Counted from the first letter of the stretch, positions 17,271-27,868 are shown. The stretch: DNA of 64,000 bases from Candidatus Iainarchaeum sp. (GCA_017610205.1 JAFCCL010000003.1:32001-96000); one strand, 5' to 3'. Notes: a model not told the origin generated them from the sequence alone. Numbers and translations: made by a program.

Positions 17271-20264
17271 ATGGAAGTCAATCTTTGCAGAATAGAGGTA
17301 AGTTTTCAGAATGATGCAAGGGCTAAAATTGCAAAAAAGTCCATTGAAAGGGCTGGCTTTGGCAAAATAAGTGCTGTTTCCCTAAATGATGTTTATACAA
17401 TTTCTTCACAGTTTCAGGAAAAAGACCTTGAAAAATGCGCTTTTTTGCTTCACAACCCTGTAACACAGCAATTTTCAATTGGAAAACCACTGCCTTCAAA
17501 AGAATTTGACTGGGCAATCGAAATTGGTTTTCTTCCAGGAGTAACTGACAATGTGGGAAAAACTGCTGCCGAAACTTTGCAGGATTTTTTCGGAGAAGAA
17601 GCAAAGGAAACCGCGGTTTTTAGCTCTCAGCTTTTCTTTATCAAAGGTGATTTTTCCAAAGAGGAAGCAGGAAAGATTGGTGAAATTTTTGCAAACCCGC
17701 TAATTCAGGGAATTTACATTAAAACCAGAGAGCAATTTGAAGCAGATTCCGGAATGGATGTTATTGCTCCCATTGTAAAGCTTCATGAAGAACCAAAAGC
17801 CCGCGAAGTCAATCTTGAGATTTCAGACGAAGAACTTTTAAAACTTGGCAAGCACGGAATTCTTGACCATGTTGAATCAGACGGAACAGAGGCAAGGCGC
17901 GGCCCTCTTGCACTTGATCTTTCTTCCCTTCACATAATAAGAGATTATTTCAAAAAAGAGAGCAGAAAACCAACAGATATTGAGATTGAATCCCTTGCAC
18001 AAACCTGGAGCGAGCACTGCAAGCACACAATTTTTGCAGCAGAGCTTGATGATTTGGAAAAAGGACTTTACAAGGGACTAATAAAGGACGCAACTGAAAA
18101 AGTCAGGGAAAGCAAGGGCAAAGAAGACAATTGTGTTTCTGTTTTTGTTGACAACAGTGGCGGAATAGATTTTGACAAAGAAAACATTGTTTCTGACAAG
18201 GTTGAAACCCACAACAGTCCGTCTGCACTTGACCCCTTTGGCGGAGCAATAACAGGAATTGTTGGTGTAAACCGTGACACAATGGGTTTTGGAATGGCTG
18301 CAAAGCCAATAATTAACAGGTATGGATTTTGCTTTGCAGAGCCAAAAGATGCAGAACTGCTTTACAGAGCCAAGGAAAAAGGAAATTCAATTCTTCCTCC
18401 TGAACGCATAATGCTTGGAGTAATAGACGGAGTGCAGGTTGGCGGAAACTGTTCAGGAATTCCTACTCCTACAGGTTTTATGTATTTTGATGAAAGATAC
18501 AAGGGCAAGCCACTTGTGTTTGTTGGAACAGTTGGATTAATGCCAAGGCTGGTTAATGGAAAGAAAGGGCATGAAAAAAAGGCAGAACCAGACGATGTTA
18601 TAGTAATGGTTGGCGGCCGCGTTGGCCTTGACGGAATCCACGGCGCAACCTTTTCTTCAGAAGCACTGTCTTCAGGAAGCCCTGCAACAGCTGTGCAAAT
18701 AGGTGACCCGATTACTCAGAAAAAGATGTCTGATGCAATTGTAAAAGAAGCAAGGGATTTGAATTTATACACAAGCATTACCGACAATGGTGCAGGTGGC
18801 TTAAGCTGTTCTGTTGCAGAAATGGCAAAAGAATGCGGTGGATGCAGTGTTGACTTGGAAAAGGTTCCTGTAAAATATCAGGGAATGTCTCCTTGGCAAA
18901 TTTGGGTTTCTGAAAGCCAGGAGAGAATGACTCTTGCAATTCCAAAAGAAAAAACAAAGCAGTTTATTGACCTTATGACCCAACGCGGTGTTGAAGCAAC
19001 AGCAATAGGTGAATTTAACGATTCGCAAAGATGTGTTGTTAAATTTAACAATAAAAAAATAATGGACATTGACATGCATTTTTTGCACGATGGGCTTCCA
19101 AGAAAAAAGCTTGCAACAAAGCCAATGTACCCGTTTTTAAAAAACCCTTCTTTTGAAGAGCCTTCAAATCTTGGAAGAACATTGCTTGAAATGCTTTCAA
19201 GGCTGAATATTTGCAGCAAGGAATTTATTTCTGCACAATACGATCACGAAGTTCAGGGTTCCTCTGTGCTAAAACCCTTGCAGGGCAAAGGCAGAGTAAA
19301 TGCAGACGCTGCGGTTGTAAGGCCGTTGCTTGAAAGCCAAAAAGGAGTTGGCGTTTCGCACGCGCTTTATCCTGGTTATGGTGACATTGACACCTACTGG
19401 ATGGCTGCAGCAGCAATTGATTCTGCTGTTAAAAATCTTATTGCTGTAGGGGCAAAAATGGAGGATATTGCTTTGCTTGACAACTTTTGCTGGTGTTCAA
19501 GCAATGAGCCTGAAAGGCTTTGGCAATTAAAGAAAGCAGCACAAGCCTGCAATGATTTTGCAATACTTTACAAAACGCCTTTTATTTCAGGCAAGGACAG
19601 CATGTTTAATGATTTTAAGGGATTTGATTCAGATTCAAATGCATTAAAGATTTCGGTTCCTCCAACTTTGCTGATTTCATCAATTGCAGTAATTTCTGAC
19701 AGCAGAAAATGCGTTTCAATGGATGCCAAAATTGAAGGAGACCTTGTTTACGCAGTTGGCTTTACAACCGGCGAGCTTGGTGCTTCCGAATATTACAGAA
19801 TGCAGGCAAAAAAGGCAAATGACAAAAATGCAACTGGCGGAACAGTGCCGACGGTTGATGGAAAAAAGGCACTGGCTTCATACAACGCGCTTTCAAAAGC
19901 AATTGAAAAAGGACTTGTCGCGTCAGTTCAGGCTGTTAGCCTCGGAGGCCTTGGGATTGCAATAGCAAAGAAATGTATTGCAGGTCGCATTGGGGCAAAA
20001 ATTGATTTGAAAAAGGTTCTATCAGTTGGAATTAATAGAAATGACAGCATTTTGTTTAGTGAAAGTCAAAGCAGGCTTTTGGTAACGGTTGCTTCTGAAA
20101 ACAAATCTGGTTTTGAATCTGCAATGAATGGAATCAGGTTTTCTAAAATTGGAATTGTTTCAGGCACCAAGCTTGAGATAACAGGAATTGCTGGCAAGCA
20201 GAAGATTTCGCTGCCTGTTTCAGAACTTGAAGAAGCTTACAAAAAAACTTTGAGGGATTATTAA
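17271..20264 (+). CDS. purL: FGAM synthase PurL with N-terminal PurS-like extension
   Basis: QTWSEHCKH, KVETHNSPS, DNGAGG, SESQERM, LLDNFCW; about 170-aa N-terminal extension with LPGVTDNVG. Confidence 0.95.
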   Translation: MEVNLCRIEVSFQNDARAKIAKKSIERAGFGKISAVSLNDVYTISSQFQEKDLEKCAFLLHNPVTQQFSIGKPLPSKEFDWAIEIGFLPGVTDNVGKTAAETLQDFFGEEAKETAVFSSQLFFIKGDFSKEEAGKIGEIFANPLIQGIYIKTREQFEADSGMDVIAPIVKLHEEPKAREVNLEISDEELLKLGKHGILDHVESDGTEARRGPLALDLSSLHIIRDYFKKESRKPTDIEIESLAQTWSEHCKHTIFAAELDDLEKGLYKGLIKDATEKVRESKGKEDNCVSVFVDNSGGIDFDKENIVSDKVETHNSPSALDPFGGAITGIVGVNRDTMGFGMAAKPIINRYGFCFAEPKDAELLYRAKEKGNSILPPERIMLGVIDGVQVGGNCSGIPTPTGFMYFDERYKGKPLVFVGTVGLMPRLVNGKKGHEKKAEPDDVIVMVGGRVGLDGIHGATFSSEALSSGSPATAVQIGDPITQKKMSDAIVKEARDLNLYTSITDNGAGGLSCSVAEMAKECGGCSVDLEKVPVKYQGMSPWQIWVSESQERMTLAIPKEKTKQFIDLMTQRGVEATAIGEFNDSQRCVVKFNNKKIMDIDMHFLHDGLPRKKLATKPMYPFLKNPSFEEPSNLGRTLLEMLSRLNICSKEFISAQYDHEVQGSSVLKPLQGKGRVNADAAVVRPLLESQKGVGVSHALYPGYGDIDTYWMAAAAIDSAVKNLIAVGAKMEDIALLDNFCWCSSNEPERLWQLKKAAQACNDFAILYKTPFISGKDSMFNDFKGFDSDSNALKISVPPTLLISSIAVISDSRKCVSMDAKIEGDLVYAVGFTTGELGASEYYRMQAKKANDKNATGGTVPTVDGKKALASYNALSKAIEKGLVASVQAVSLGGLGIAIAKKCIAGRIGAKIDLKKVLSVGINRNDSILFSESQSRLLVTVASENKSGFESAMNGIRFSKIGIVSGTKLEITGIAGKQKISLPVSELEEAYKKTLRDY

Positions 20265-21064
20265 TGGTTAAGGCAATTCTTTTGGCAGGATATGGCATAA
20301 ACTGTGAGGAAGAAACAGCGTTTGCATTCAAAAAGGCAGGGGCTGAAACAGAAATAATTCATATAAATGACTTAATTGCAAACCCAAAAAAGCTTTCAGA
20401 AGCCCAGATTTTTGCATTTCCAGGCGGCTTTTCTTACGGTGATAATACTGGTTCAGGAAATGCTCTTGCAAATAAGATTCGGAACAATTTGTGGACCAAG
20501 CTTGTTGAATTTATTGAAGCAGAAAAGCTCATTCTTGGAATTTGCAACGGCTTTCAGGTAATAACAAACTTGGGAATTTTGCCAGGAATTGAAAACAGGC
20601 AGGCAAAAAGAACAGTTGCCTTAAGCCACAATAACAGTGCAAGATATGAGTGCAGATGGGTCTCCCTAAAATCTTTTTCAAAGAAATGTGTTTTTACTAA
20701 AGGCATTGATTTAATCAGAATGCCTGTTGCTCACGGTGAAGGAAAGTTTGTTGCAGATGAGAATATCTTAAAGCAGTTGAAGGAATCAGACCAAATTGCT
20801 TTTAAGTATGTTGATGAAAACGGAGAACCTGCAAATAGTGTTTTTCCACAGAATCCAAACGGTTCTTTGGAGGATATTGCAGGAATTTGCAGTAAGGACG
20901 GAAGGGTTTTTGGATTAATGCCACACCCTGAAAGAAATATTTTCTTTACACAGCAGGCTGATTGGACTTTGCAAAAGGAAAAGTTGAAGAGAGCAGGCAA
21001 GGAAATTCCTGAAGAAAGTGCAGGAATGCAAATTTTTAGAAATGCGGTTGAATATTTTAAATGA
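20264..21064 (+). CDS. purQ: FGAM synthase glutaminase subunit
   Basis: GYGINCE, PGGFSYGD, GICNGFQ, AHGEG, MPHPER. Confidence 0.96.
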   Translation: MVKAILLAGYGINCEEETAFAFKKAGAETEIIHINDLIANPKKLSEAQIFAFPGGFSYGDNTGSGNALANKIRNNLWTKLVEFIEAEKLILGICNGFQVITNLGILPGIENRQAKRTVALSHNNSARYECRWVSLKSFSKKCVFTKGIDLIRMPVAHGEGKFVADENILKQLKESDQIAFKYVDENGEPANSVFPQNPNGSLEDIAGICSKDGRVFGLMPHPERNIFFTQQADWTLQKEKLKRAGKEIPEESAGMQIFRNAVEYFK

Positions 21065-21095
21065 TGGAATGATTGATAATTGTGAGGCAAAATTT

Positions 21096-22175
21096 ATGAA
21101 ATACTCTGACATAGTGGATTATGGCAAACTTGACCCTGTTAAAAGGGCTGCAATTGAAAGCTTTTCAGGCACTGTAAAAAACACTGAAAGGCTTGGAATA
21201 AAGGTTGTAGCTGAAACAATGGGTGAGTCGGCAATTGCATTGGATGTTGTTGGCCAAGACTATATGCTTGCCTTTAATGTTGAAGGGCTTGGGACAAAAA
21301 ACCTGATTGCTGACGCAATGTTTTCTGATTCAAGAGGAAAGGGTATAAAATATTATGAATCAATTGGCAAAGACTGCCTTGCAATGTCAACAAACGATCT
21401 TGCATCAATTGGTGCAGACGCACTTGTCTACGGAGACATTTTGAGCAGTGGTGACAGCAACTGGTTTGCCAATTCAGAAAAGGCAAAAGCAATTATTAAA
21501 GGATTCAAACAGGGTGCAAATGAAATAGGACTTGCAATTCCATGCGGTGAAACTCCAACACTCAAAGGGGTTGTTAATGATAGTACAATTGATATGGCTG
21601 GAGCATCAATTGGCATAATCAAGCCAAAGGAAAATCTTACTTATGGTCAGGATTTGGCTGACGGAGATATTTTAATAGGTCTTGGAAGTTCTGGCATTCA
21701 CTCAAACGGTGTTTCGCTTGCAAGAAAGGTTGCAGACCAGCTGAAGGAAGGTTATTTTTCCGAGCTTCCAAGCGGAAAGCTTTTTGGAGAAGAATTGCTT
21801 GAACCAACAATTCTTTATACAAGAGTGTTAATGGACTTGCTTAATGCATGCGAAATACACTATCTTTCTCCTATTACAGGCCATGGGTGGAAAAAAATCA
21901 TGAGGCCAAAAAAGCCTTTTACTTACAAGGTCGATTTTGTTCCAGAGCCGTCAGAATTGTTTAAATTTCTTATTGAAAAATCAAGGGTTTCTGAAAAAGA
22001 GGCTTACTTTACCTGGAACATGGGTCTTGGATATGCAGTAATGGCTCCAAAGGAAAGCAGGGAAGCAATATTCAAAGCAAGTGAAAAGCACGGCATTAAA
22101 GCATTTGACCTTGGTACTGTAAGAGAAGGAAAAAAAGCTGTTGCAATAAAACCAAAAGACATTATTTTTGAATAG
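21096..22175 (+). CDS. purM: AIR synthase (phosphoribosylformylglycinamidine cyclo-ligase), divergent
   Basis: EGLGTK, AMSTND, CGETP, SSGIHSNG, LLEPT, TWNMGLG. Confidence 0.9.
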   Translation: MKYSDIVDYGKLDPVKRAAIESFSGTVKNTERLGIKVVAETMGESAIALDVVGQDYMLAFNVEGLGTKNLIADAMFSDSRGKGIKYYESIGKDCLAMSTNDLASIGADALVYGDILSSGDSNWFANSEKAKAIIKGFKQGANEIGLAIPCGETPTLKGVVNDSTIDMAGASIGIIKPKENLTYGQDLADGDILIGLGSSGIHSNGVSLARKVADQLKEGYFSELPSGKLFGEELLEPTILYTRVLMDLLNACEIHYLSPITGHGWKKIMRPKKPFTYKVDFVPEPSELFKFLIEKSRVSEKEAYFTWNMGLGYAVMAPKESREAIFKASEKHGIKAFDLGTVREGKKAVAIKPKDIIFE

Positions 22176-22220
22176 GGAAAATTACAGTGTTAAAAAAAAT
22201 ATTTTTTTTTAAAACAGGTC

Positions 22221-23720
22221 TTGTTCATGAAAAAAAAAGAAGAACTGTACAAAAAAGAAGAACTGTGCAGGCTTTTGGAAAATTCAATCAAAAAAAATGC
22301 TCCAAAGAAAAAATTCGGAATTCTTTTCTCGGGCGGAATTGACTCAGCACTGCTTGCAGTTCTTTGCAAAAAATTAAACTTGAATTTTACATGCTTTTTT
22401 GGTTATGTTAAAGGAAAAGCCAGACCAAAAGATCTTGAATTTGCAAAAAAGGCAGCAAAAGAGCTTGGGGCAAGCCTTGAAATTGCTTCAATTTCTTTGA
22501 AAGAGTCAGAAAGGCTTATTGCAAAAGTTGTTCCATTAATAGCTTCACATTCCCCTGTTCAGGTTGGTGTTGCCATTCCAATTGCAATTGCCTGCAAAAA
22601 AGCACAGGAAAAAGGAATTTCGACAGTATTTTCCGGGATGGGTGCTGATGAAATGTTCTGTGGCTATGCCAAATTCAAAAATTCAAACGACCTTGCACTT
22701 GATTCATTAAAGCTGATGCAACAGCTTTCCGAAAAAGACTTAAAGCGCGACCTTGCAATTGCTTCAGGCAACGGTCTTGAATTAAAAACTCCTTTTCTTA
22801 ATGCTGCAATTTTAAAGTTTGCCTTGTCCTTGCCAAAAGACCAAAAGCTTTCAGGTCGCAGAAACAAAATTATTCTTCGCGAGCTTGCCTTAAGCCTTGG
22901 TCTTTCAAAAGAAATCGCTGAACGGAAAAAGCTTGCTGCACAGTATGGAAGCAATTCAGACAAGGCAATTGAAAAACTTTCAAAGAAGGCAAAGAAAACT
23001 AAGTCTGAATATCTTGTTTCCTTTTCGGAAAAGAAAAAAATTGCAGTCCTTTTTTCAGGCGGAAAAGACAGCTGTCTTGCTTTGTGGAAAATGCAGCAGC
23101 AGGGCTTTGAAGTAAGCTGTCTTGTTTCAATAATTCCAAAAAATCCTGATTCCTTTATGTACCACAAGCCAAATTTGAAAATTTTAGGGCTTCAGTCAAA
23201 GGCTCTTGGAATTCCCCTTGTAACTGAAAAAACAGTTGGTGAAAAGGAAAAAGAGCTTGCTGAACTGAAAAAGGTTTTGACAAAAGTCGGGAAAGAATTT
23301 GGAATAAGCGGCGTTGTCTCCGGTGCCTTGTACAGCGAGTACCAACGCAAGAGGATTGAAAAAATCTGTAAAAACCTTTCACTTGAACTTTATTCGCCTT
23401 TATGGCATTTAGACCAGCTTGATGAGCTGTTGGAGCTTTCAAACAACGGCTTTGTTTTTGTAATGGAAAAGATTGCCGCCCTTGGCTTGAGCAGTGAATG
23501 GCTTGGAAAGCCTGTTGGAAGCGCAGACATTGCTGCACTTGAGGCTTTGAACAAAAAATTCGGATTTAATGTTGCCGGAGAAGGCGGAGAGTATGAATCC
23601 CTTGTATTGGATGCTCCAAATTTTAAAAAGAGCATAAAAATCACTGAAAGCAAAAAGCACCTAAAAAACAATTTTACAGGGCTGCTTGAAGTAACTAGTG
23701 CCATTTTTGAAGGCAAATGA
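22221..23720 (+). CDS. Fusion of an asparagine-synthase-type ATP pyrophosphatase domain and diphthine-ammonia ligase (Dph6)
   Basis: Two PP-loops: LFSGGIDS with SGMGADEMFCGY, and LFSGGKDS with SFMYH, SPLW, GEGGEYES. Confidence 0.88.
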   Translation: MFMKKKEELYKKEELCRLLENSIKKNAPKKKFGILFSGGIDSALLAVLCKKLNLNFTCFFGYVKGKARPKDLEFAKKAAKELGASLEIASISLKESERLIAKVVPLIASHSPVQVGVAIPIAIACKKAQEKGISTVFSGMGADEMFCGYAKFKNSNDLALDSLKLMQQLSEKDLKRDLAIASGNGLELKTPFLNAAILKFALSLPKDQKLSGRRNKIILRELALSLGLSKEIAERKKLAAQYGSNSDKAIEKLSKKAKKTKSEYLVSFSEKKKIAVLFSGGKDSCLALWKMQQQGFEVSCLVSIIPKNPDSFMYHKPNLKILGLQSKALGIPLVTEKTVGEKEKELAELKKVLTKVGKEFGISGVVSGALYSEYQRKRIEKICKNLSLELYSPLWHLDQLDELLELSNNGFVFVMEKIAALGLSSEWLGKPVGSADIAALEALNKKFGFNVAGEGGEYESLVLDAPNFKKSIKITESKKHLKNNFTGLLEVTSAIFEGK

Positions 23721-23730
23721 TTTTTTTTTT

Positions 23731-24972
23731 TTACCCAAGCTTGTAGAACACAAGTCCGCTTAACAGCTTTGGGTAAAAGAAAGTGCTTTTCTGCGGCATT
23801 GCCTCGCCGGCAAGCGAAACATTCTCAAACTGTTTTATGCTGGCTGGTTGCACGAAGAATACTGCTTCAAATTCACCAGCTCCTGTCAATTCAATTAATT
23901 TCTCAGCATTTTTTTCAAATGAAATGTTGTCCAAGTCAGTGGCAAGTATTTTTTTAAACACAATTGTGTCAAGTGCCACAGTAGCCAAATCCCTTAAAAC
24001 AATTGGCTTTTCTTTAAGCGCTTCATTTGCTTTTCCCTTATTTTTTAGCAAGTGAAATTTTCCTTCAAAGAGCATTCCAATGCAGGGCTTTTTGCCTACT
24101 TTGGTTGCCTGCATCATCCTTTCTTTTTCACATTCTTCAACTTCAAAGAACTCGCTGAGTTTTTTGACAAAGCTTTCCTTTTCTGTCACTTTTTTCAGAG
24201 CCCTGTGTGTTGGCAGAATACGCAGGCCATTACTGTTCAAATTTATAATGCAAACCATTTTGTATTTTGAAGCCTTGCTGCCGTCAATTTCAGAAAACTT
24301 TTCCGCTGTCTCATACCTATGGTGGCCGTCGGCAATGAACATTTTTTCGCCAGAAAGCATTTTTTTAATCTGCATTATCTTTTCCCTGTCTTTTAAAACC
24401 CATAGCCTGTGTCTGCCGGTTTCATTTTCAAAATCCATTTCAGGCTTTTCTTTTGTTTTACTTTCAAAAATAGTTTCAATTCCACTGCCCTGCAGGCTAT
24501 CAAGCAGCATTATTGGCTCAAAATCGCATTTTGTTTCTTTCAAAAGTTCTAATCTGTCCTGTTTTGGCTTTGGCAGTGTTTTTTCGTGAGGAAGCACTTT
24601 ACCGTTTTCAAATGGCTCAAGCCTTAGGAGGCAAAATAATGCTTTGATTGACGCATTTTCTCCTCCAAACGAGTAATCGTTTTTGTAAACATAGAAAGCA
24701 GGCTCTTTTTCCTGCACTAAAATCTCTTTTTGTAGCCATTCATTGACCAGCTTGGCAGCTTTTGTGTAATTTTCCGCTATATGGTTCTTTTCAAACCCCT
24801 GGTTTCCAAGGCTAAGCCTTGCAAAATTGAATTGGTTTTTTTTCAAAAGAAGCTTTCTTTCCTTTTCACTTATGATATCGTATGGAGGTGCCACAAGCTT
24901 TGAAAAACTGCCTGCCTTTTCACTGCAATACTTTACACCTTTAAACGGCTTTACTTCAACCAATGCTTTCAC
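23731..24972 (-). CDS. DUF1015 family protein
   Basis: APPYD, LPHEKT, IADGHHRY, ILPTHR, MPQKSTFFYPK. Confidence 0.92.
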   Translation of the reverse strand: MKALVEVKPFKGVKYCSEKAGSFSKLVAPPYDIISEKERKLLLKKNQFNFARLSLGNQGFEKNHIAENYTKAAKLVNEWLQKEILVQEKEPAFYVYKNDYSFGGENASIKALFCLLRLEPFENGKVLPHEKTLPKPKQDRLELLKETKCDFEPIMLLDSLQGSGIETIFESKTKEKPEMDFENETGRHRLWVLKDREKIMQIKKMLSGEKMFIADGHHRYETAEKFSEIDGSKASKYKMVCIINLNSNGLRILPTHRALKKVTEKESFVKKLSEFFEVEECEKERMMQATKVGKKPCIGMLFEGKFHLLKNKGKANEALKEKPIVLRDLATVALDTIVFKKILATDLDNISFEKNAEKLIELTGAGEFEAVFFVQPASIKQFENVSLAGEAMPQKSTFFYPKLLSGLVFYKLG

Positions 24973-25077
24973 CTGAAGAAAAAGAATTCTTAAACAATTA
25001 AAAACCCGATTGCTTTTTTTTTTTAAGAATCCTTAAATAGAAACAATTAAATTCACTGGCTTGGAAATATTTATTAC

Positions 25078-25992
25078 ATGGCTGGCAGAAAAATTAGTCA
25101 CCGAAGAGGCTTTTTGATGCCTGATCAAATTGTTGAAATATTAAAACAAAGAGGTCTTAAAGCAAACGAAAAAACTATTTCAGATTACGCTCATTCAGGA
25201 AAGATTCCTTTTGGACAGTCTGTTCCTGGGAATAAAAAAGGAATAATGTTTCCTGAAGAAAATCTTGATAGCGTGCTTGCAAAAGTTCCAAAAAAGATGA
25301 TTTTGGCCGAAGGCCAGATTACAAAGCATTGGCTTGTGAAAAAAGCAAGGGAAATGGGTCTTTCAATGAACACAGCAAACATTGATACCTATCTTAAAAA
25401 AATTGCTGAAGGAAAAGAGCCTGTGCCAAAAGGTCTTTTCTTTGACAAATTTGATTCGCACAGAAGGGTTGTAATTCCAAAAGCCGTGGCATTCAAGCTT
25501 CTCAAAGATGCAAAAAGAAGGAAAGCATTGCCAAAACTGCTTGAAACAGGAAAAATTGTTCCGCTTTCCAAAATTGCAACAGATTTAGGTCTAAGCCCAC
25601 GATCTCTTCATGGGAAAAAAGGGCATGGTATCAGCTCTTTTAGAATTGGCAATGGCAGATATGTTGCTGCCAAAGAAGCAGAAAGGTTTAAGGCAGAATT
25701 TATTTCACTGCGTGAAAATGGAAGGCGTTATAAATCGCTAGTGCAAAAAAAGCCTGTGTCAACAGTCGGTGTGAAAAATGCGGCAAAGCCTGTTGGCAAA
25801 AAGACAGCAAGGCCAAAGCAAGTTCAGTCGGCAAATTCGTTGATGCAGAATTGGTTTAATGAAAATTCAAGCAATATGTCTCAAGGCAGGCGTAAGCTGA
25901 TTGAACGGGTTATTAGGCAAAGCAAAAATGTTTCTGTGGAAGAATACTATGAAACTGTACTGCCATTGTTTGAAAGAATTTTTTATCGCTAG
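25078..25992 (+). CDS. Basic orphan with repeated MerR/excisionase-like HTH units
   Basis: EKTISDYAHSGKIP; PLSKIATDLGLSPRSL..FRIGNGRYV. Confidence 0.65.
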   Translation: MAGRKISHRRGFLMPDQIVEILKQRGLKANEKTISDYAHSGKIPFGQSVPGNKKGIMFPEENLDSVLAKVPKKMILAEGQITKHWLVKKAREMGLSMNTANIDTYLKKIAEGKEPVPKGLFFDKFDSHRRVVIPKAVAFKLLKDAKRRKALPKLLETGKIVPLSKIATDLGLSPRSLHGKKGHGISSFRIGNGRYVAAKEAERFKAEFISLRENGRRYKSLVQKKPVSTVGVKNAAKPVGKKTARPKQVQSANSLMQNWFNENSSNMSQGRRKLIERVIRQSKNVSVEEYYETVLPLFERIFYR

Positions 25993-26029
25993 AACTAATT
26001 GAATTTAAGTCTTTGCAAAAAGAAAAATC

Positions 26030-26236
26030 TTAAACATAGCCTCTTTTGTAGAAGAATCCAATTGTGACAATTCCTGCAATGTTTACCGCTGTGAGAACAG
26101 AAAATGCTATTATGCATTTTGAAATGCCTGCCATAAAAAAAAAGATTGTGATTGAAAGGCACAGTGCTCCAAGGACTGCATGCATTGCCGCAACTTTTTT
26201 CATTTTTTCTTTAATTTTTGATGTGAATTTTACCAA
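26030..26236 (-). CDS. Small two-TM membrane protein
   Basis: Two hydrophobic stretches in 68 aa. Confidence 0.55.
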   Translation of the reverse strand: MVKFTSKIKEKMKKVAAMHAVLGALCLSITIFFFMAGISKCIIAFSVLTAVNIAGIVTIGFFYKRGYV

Positions 26237-26382
26237 AATAAAAACCTATTTAATAAACTATTTTGTCTTTTTATTCTTTTTGTTTGCAATTTGTTTAATC
26301 ATTTTTTGTAGCCTGCAAAATAGTTTCCAGTAAACTTAAATAAACCAAAGTTGTTTGTTTTTAGAATTGGAAGCGGTAGTTT

Positions 26383-27846
26383 ATGGGTGGAAGCAAATTG
26401 TTTTTTTCGGTTTTGTTCCTTTTTCTTGTAATTCCTTTTTCGCATGGACTTGAATGTCAGTATACTGAAATTGCTTCAAGTGAAAGAAAGGTAATGTCTG
26501 TTTATGATATTAATACAAATCAGCTTATTGGCATTGAGGACGACATTGCTTTTGAAGGAGTTGATAATCCGCCAAATTCAACTTTTTTTAATATTATTAA
26601 TCCGTTTAATGTGGCTTTGACCGTTGGCTTGTCTTACAACTATGTTTATAGAGAGCCTTATACTGTACAGGAAACAGTTTTTGTTGAAGAAACAGTAGAG
26701 CTTCCTGCACTGGATTCTGTTACAATTTCTCAAAAACTGATTGGCTTTCCAACCGATTTTAGAATTTTGCCTGAAAGTATAATTTTTGAATTTTTGGACA
26801 ACAATTTTGTTTTTGTTGGTTTTGAATTTATTGAGAAAACAACAGAAGTTTGTGCGGATTGTGTTGGAGTTCCATGTCTTAATGACGGTGCGTCATGTTC
26901 AACCGGTTTTGAGTGTGGCGGTGGCTTTTGCATTGGAGGAATATGCAGCAACCAACTTGTTTGCTACAACAATGATTGTGAATGCAATCCTTTAACTGAA
27001 TTGCAATGTCCTGATAATACAAAATGTGTTTCAAGAGCAAGCCTTCCTGTTGGTGCAAAGCCTATTTGCTTAATTGAAGAATGTGAAACAGGTTTTGTTG
27101 GCTCAGACGGGTTTTGCTCAAAAAGAGACGGGGAAATTTGTTCAAGTGCTCAGGAATGCAGTGGGGGCTATTGTGTTAGTGGAAAATGCAATTCCTTTCC
27201 AATGTGCTATAATTATGATTGTGAATGCAATCCTTTAACTGAATTGCAATGTCCTGATAATACTCGCTGTGTTTTGAAGAGTTTTCTTGCAATTGGCGCA
27301 AGACCTGTTTGTAGTTCCGAGGAATGTACTACAAGTTATGTTGATGAGGAAACTGGTTTGTGTGCTGTGCCATTGCCACCTACTCTAAACAATGATGTTC
27401 CATTACCGCCTGCTAATGGTGCTGTTCCATTGCCTTCTGTTAATGGGAATATTCCAACAGATAGTGTTCGGGATTCCACTCTCACCTATGTTATTGTTGG
27501 ATTTGCACTTATTTTTGCTGTAATTGCAGCCTTTGCAATATTTGGTTTTTTGAAAGCTGAAGGTGAAAAGTCTGCAAGTGAATCCAAACTTTCAAGACTT
27601 AAATTTAAGCTTAAGTCAGATGAAGCACTTTTGAAATCACACGGGCTTTTGAAGGCAAGGAAAAAATACAGGCCAAAAAAAAGAAAGTCAAAGGCAAAAA
27701 CCAAGGCTGAAAGGGAAAAAATGCACGCTGAAATAACTGAGCAGACTGCGAGAGCAGTTAAAAAACAGGAGAGAGTTGTTGCAAAACAAGCTGCAATTCT
27801 ACGCGTAAGAAAAGCTATGTTGAAAAAGGAAAAAAGGCAGGATTAA
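26383..27846 (+). CDS. Secreted, membrane-anchored Cys-rich repeat surface protein
   Basis: Signal peptide, two 81-aa Cys-rich repeats, Pro-rich linker, TM, basic tail. Confidence 0.8.
   Translation: MGGSKLFFSVLFLFLVIPFSHGLECQYTEIASSERKVMSVYDINTNQLIGIEDDIAFEGVDNPPNSTFFNIINPFNVALTVGLSYNYVYREPYTVQETVFVEETVELPALDSVTISQKLIGFPTDFRILPESIIFEFLDNNFVFVGFEFIEKTTEVCADCVGVPCLNDGASCSTGFECGGGFCIGGICSNQLVCYNNDCECNPLTELQCPDNTKCVSRASLPVGAKPICLIEECETGFVGSDGFCSKRDGEICSSAQECSGGYCVSGKCNSFPMCYNYDCECNPLTELQCPDNTRCVLKSFLAIGARPVCSSEECTTSYVDEETGLCAVPLPPTLNNDVPLPPANGAVPLPSVNGNIPTDSVRDSTLTYVIVGFALIFAVIAAFAIFGFLKAEGEKSASESKLSRLKFKLKSDEALLKSHGLLKARKKYRPKKRKSKAKTKAEREKMHAEITEQTARAVKKQERVVAKQAAILRVRKAMLKKEKRQD
26972..27263 (+). 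repeat. Exact 49-bp intragenic direct repeat, period 243 bp
   Basis: ATGATTGTGAATGCAATCCTTTAACTGAATTGCAATGTCCTGATAATAC at 26972-27020 and 27215-27263. Confidence 0.9.
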
Positions 27847-27868
27847 GCAGTTTTTGAAATTATCTTCT

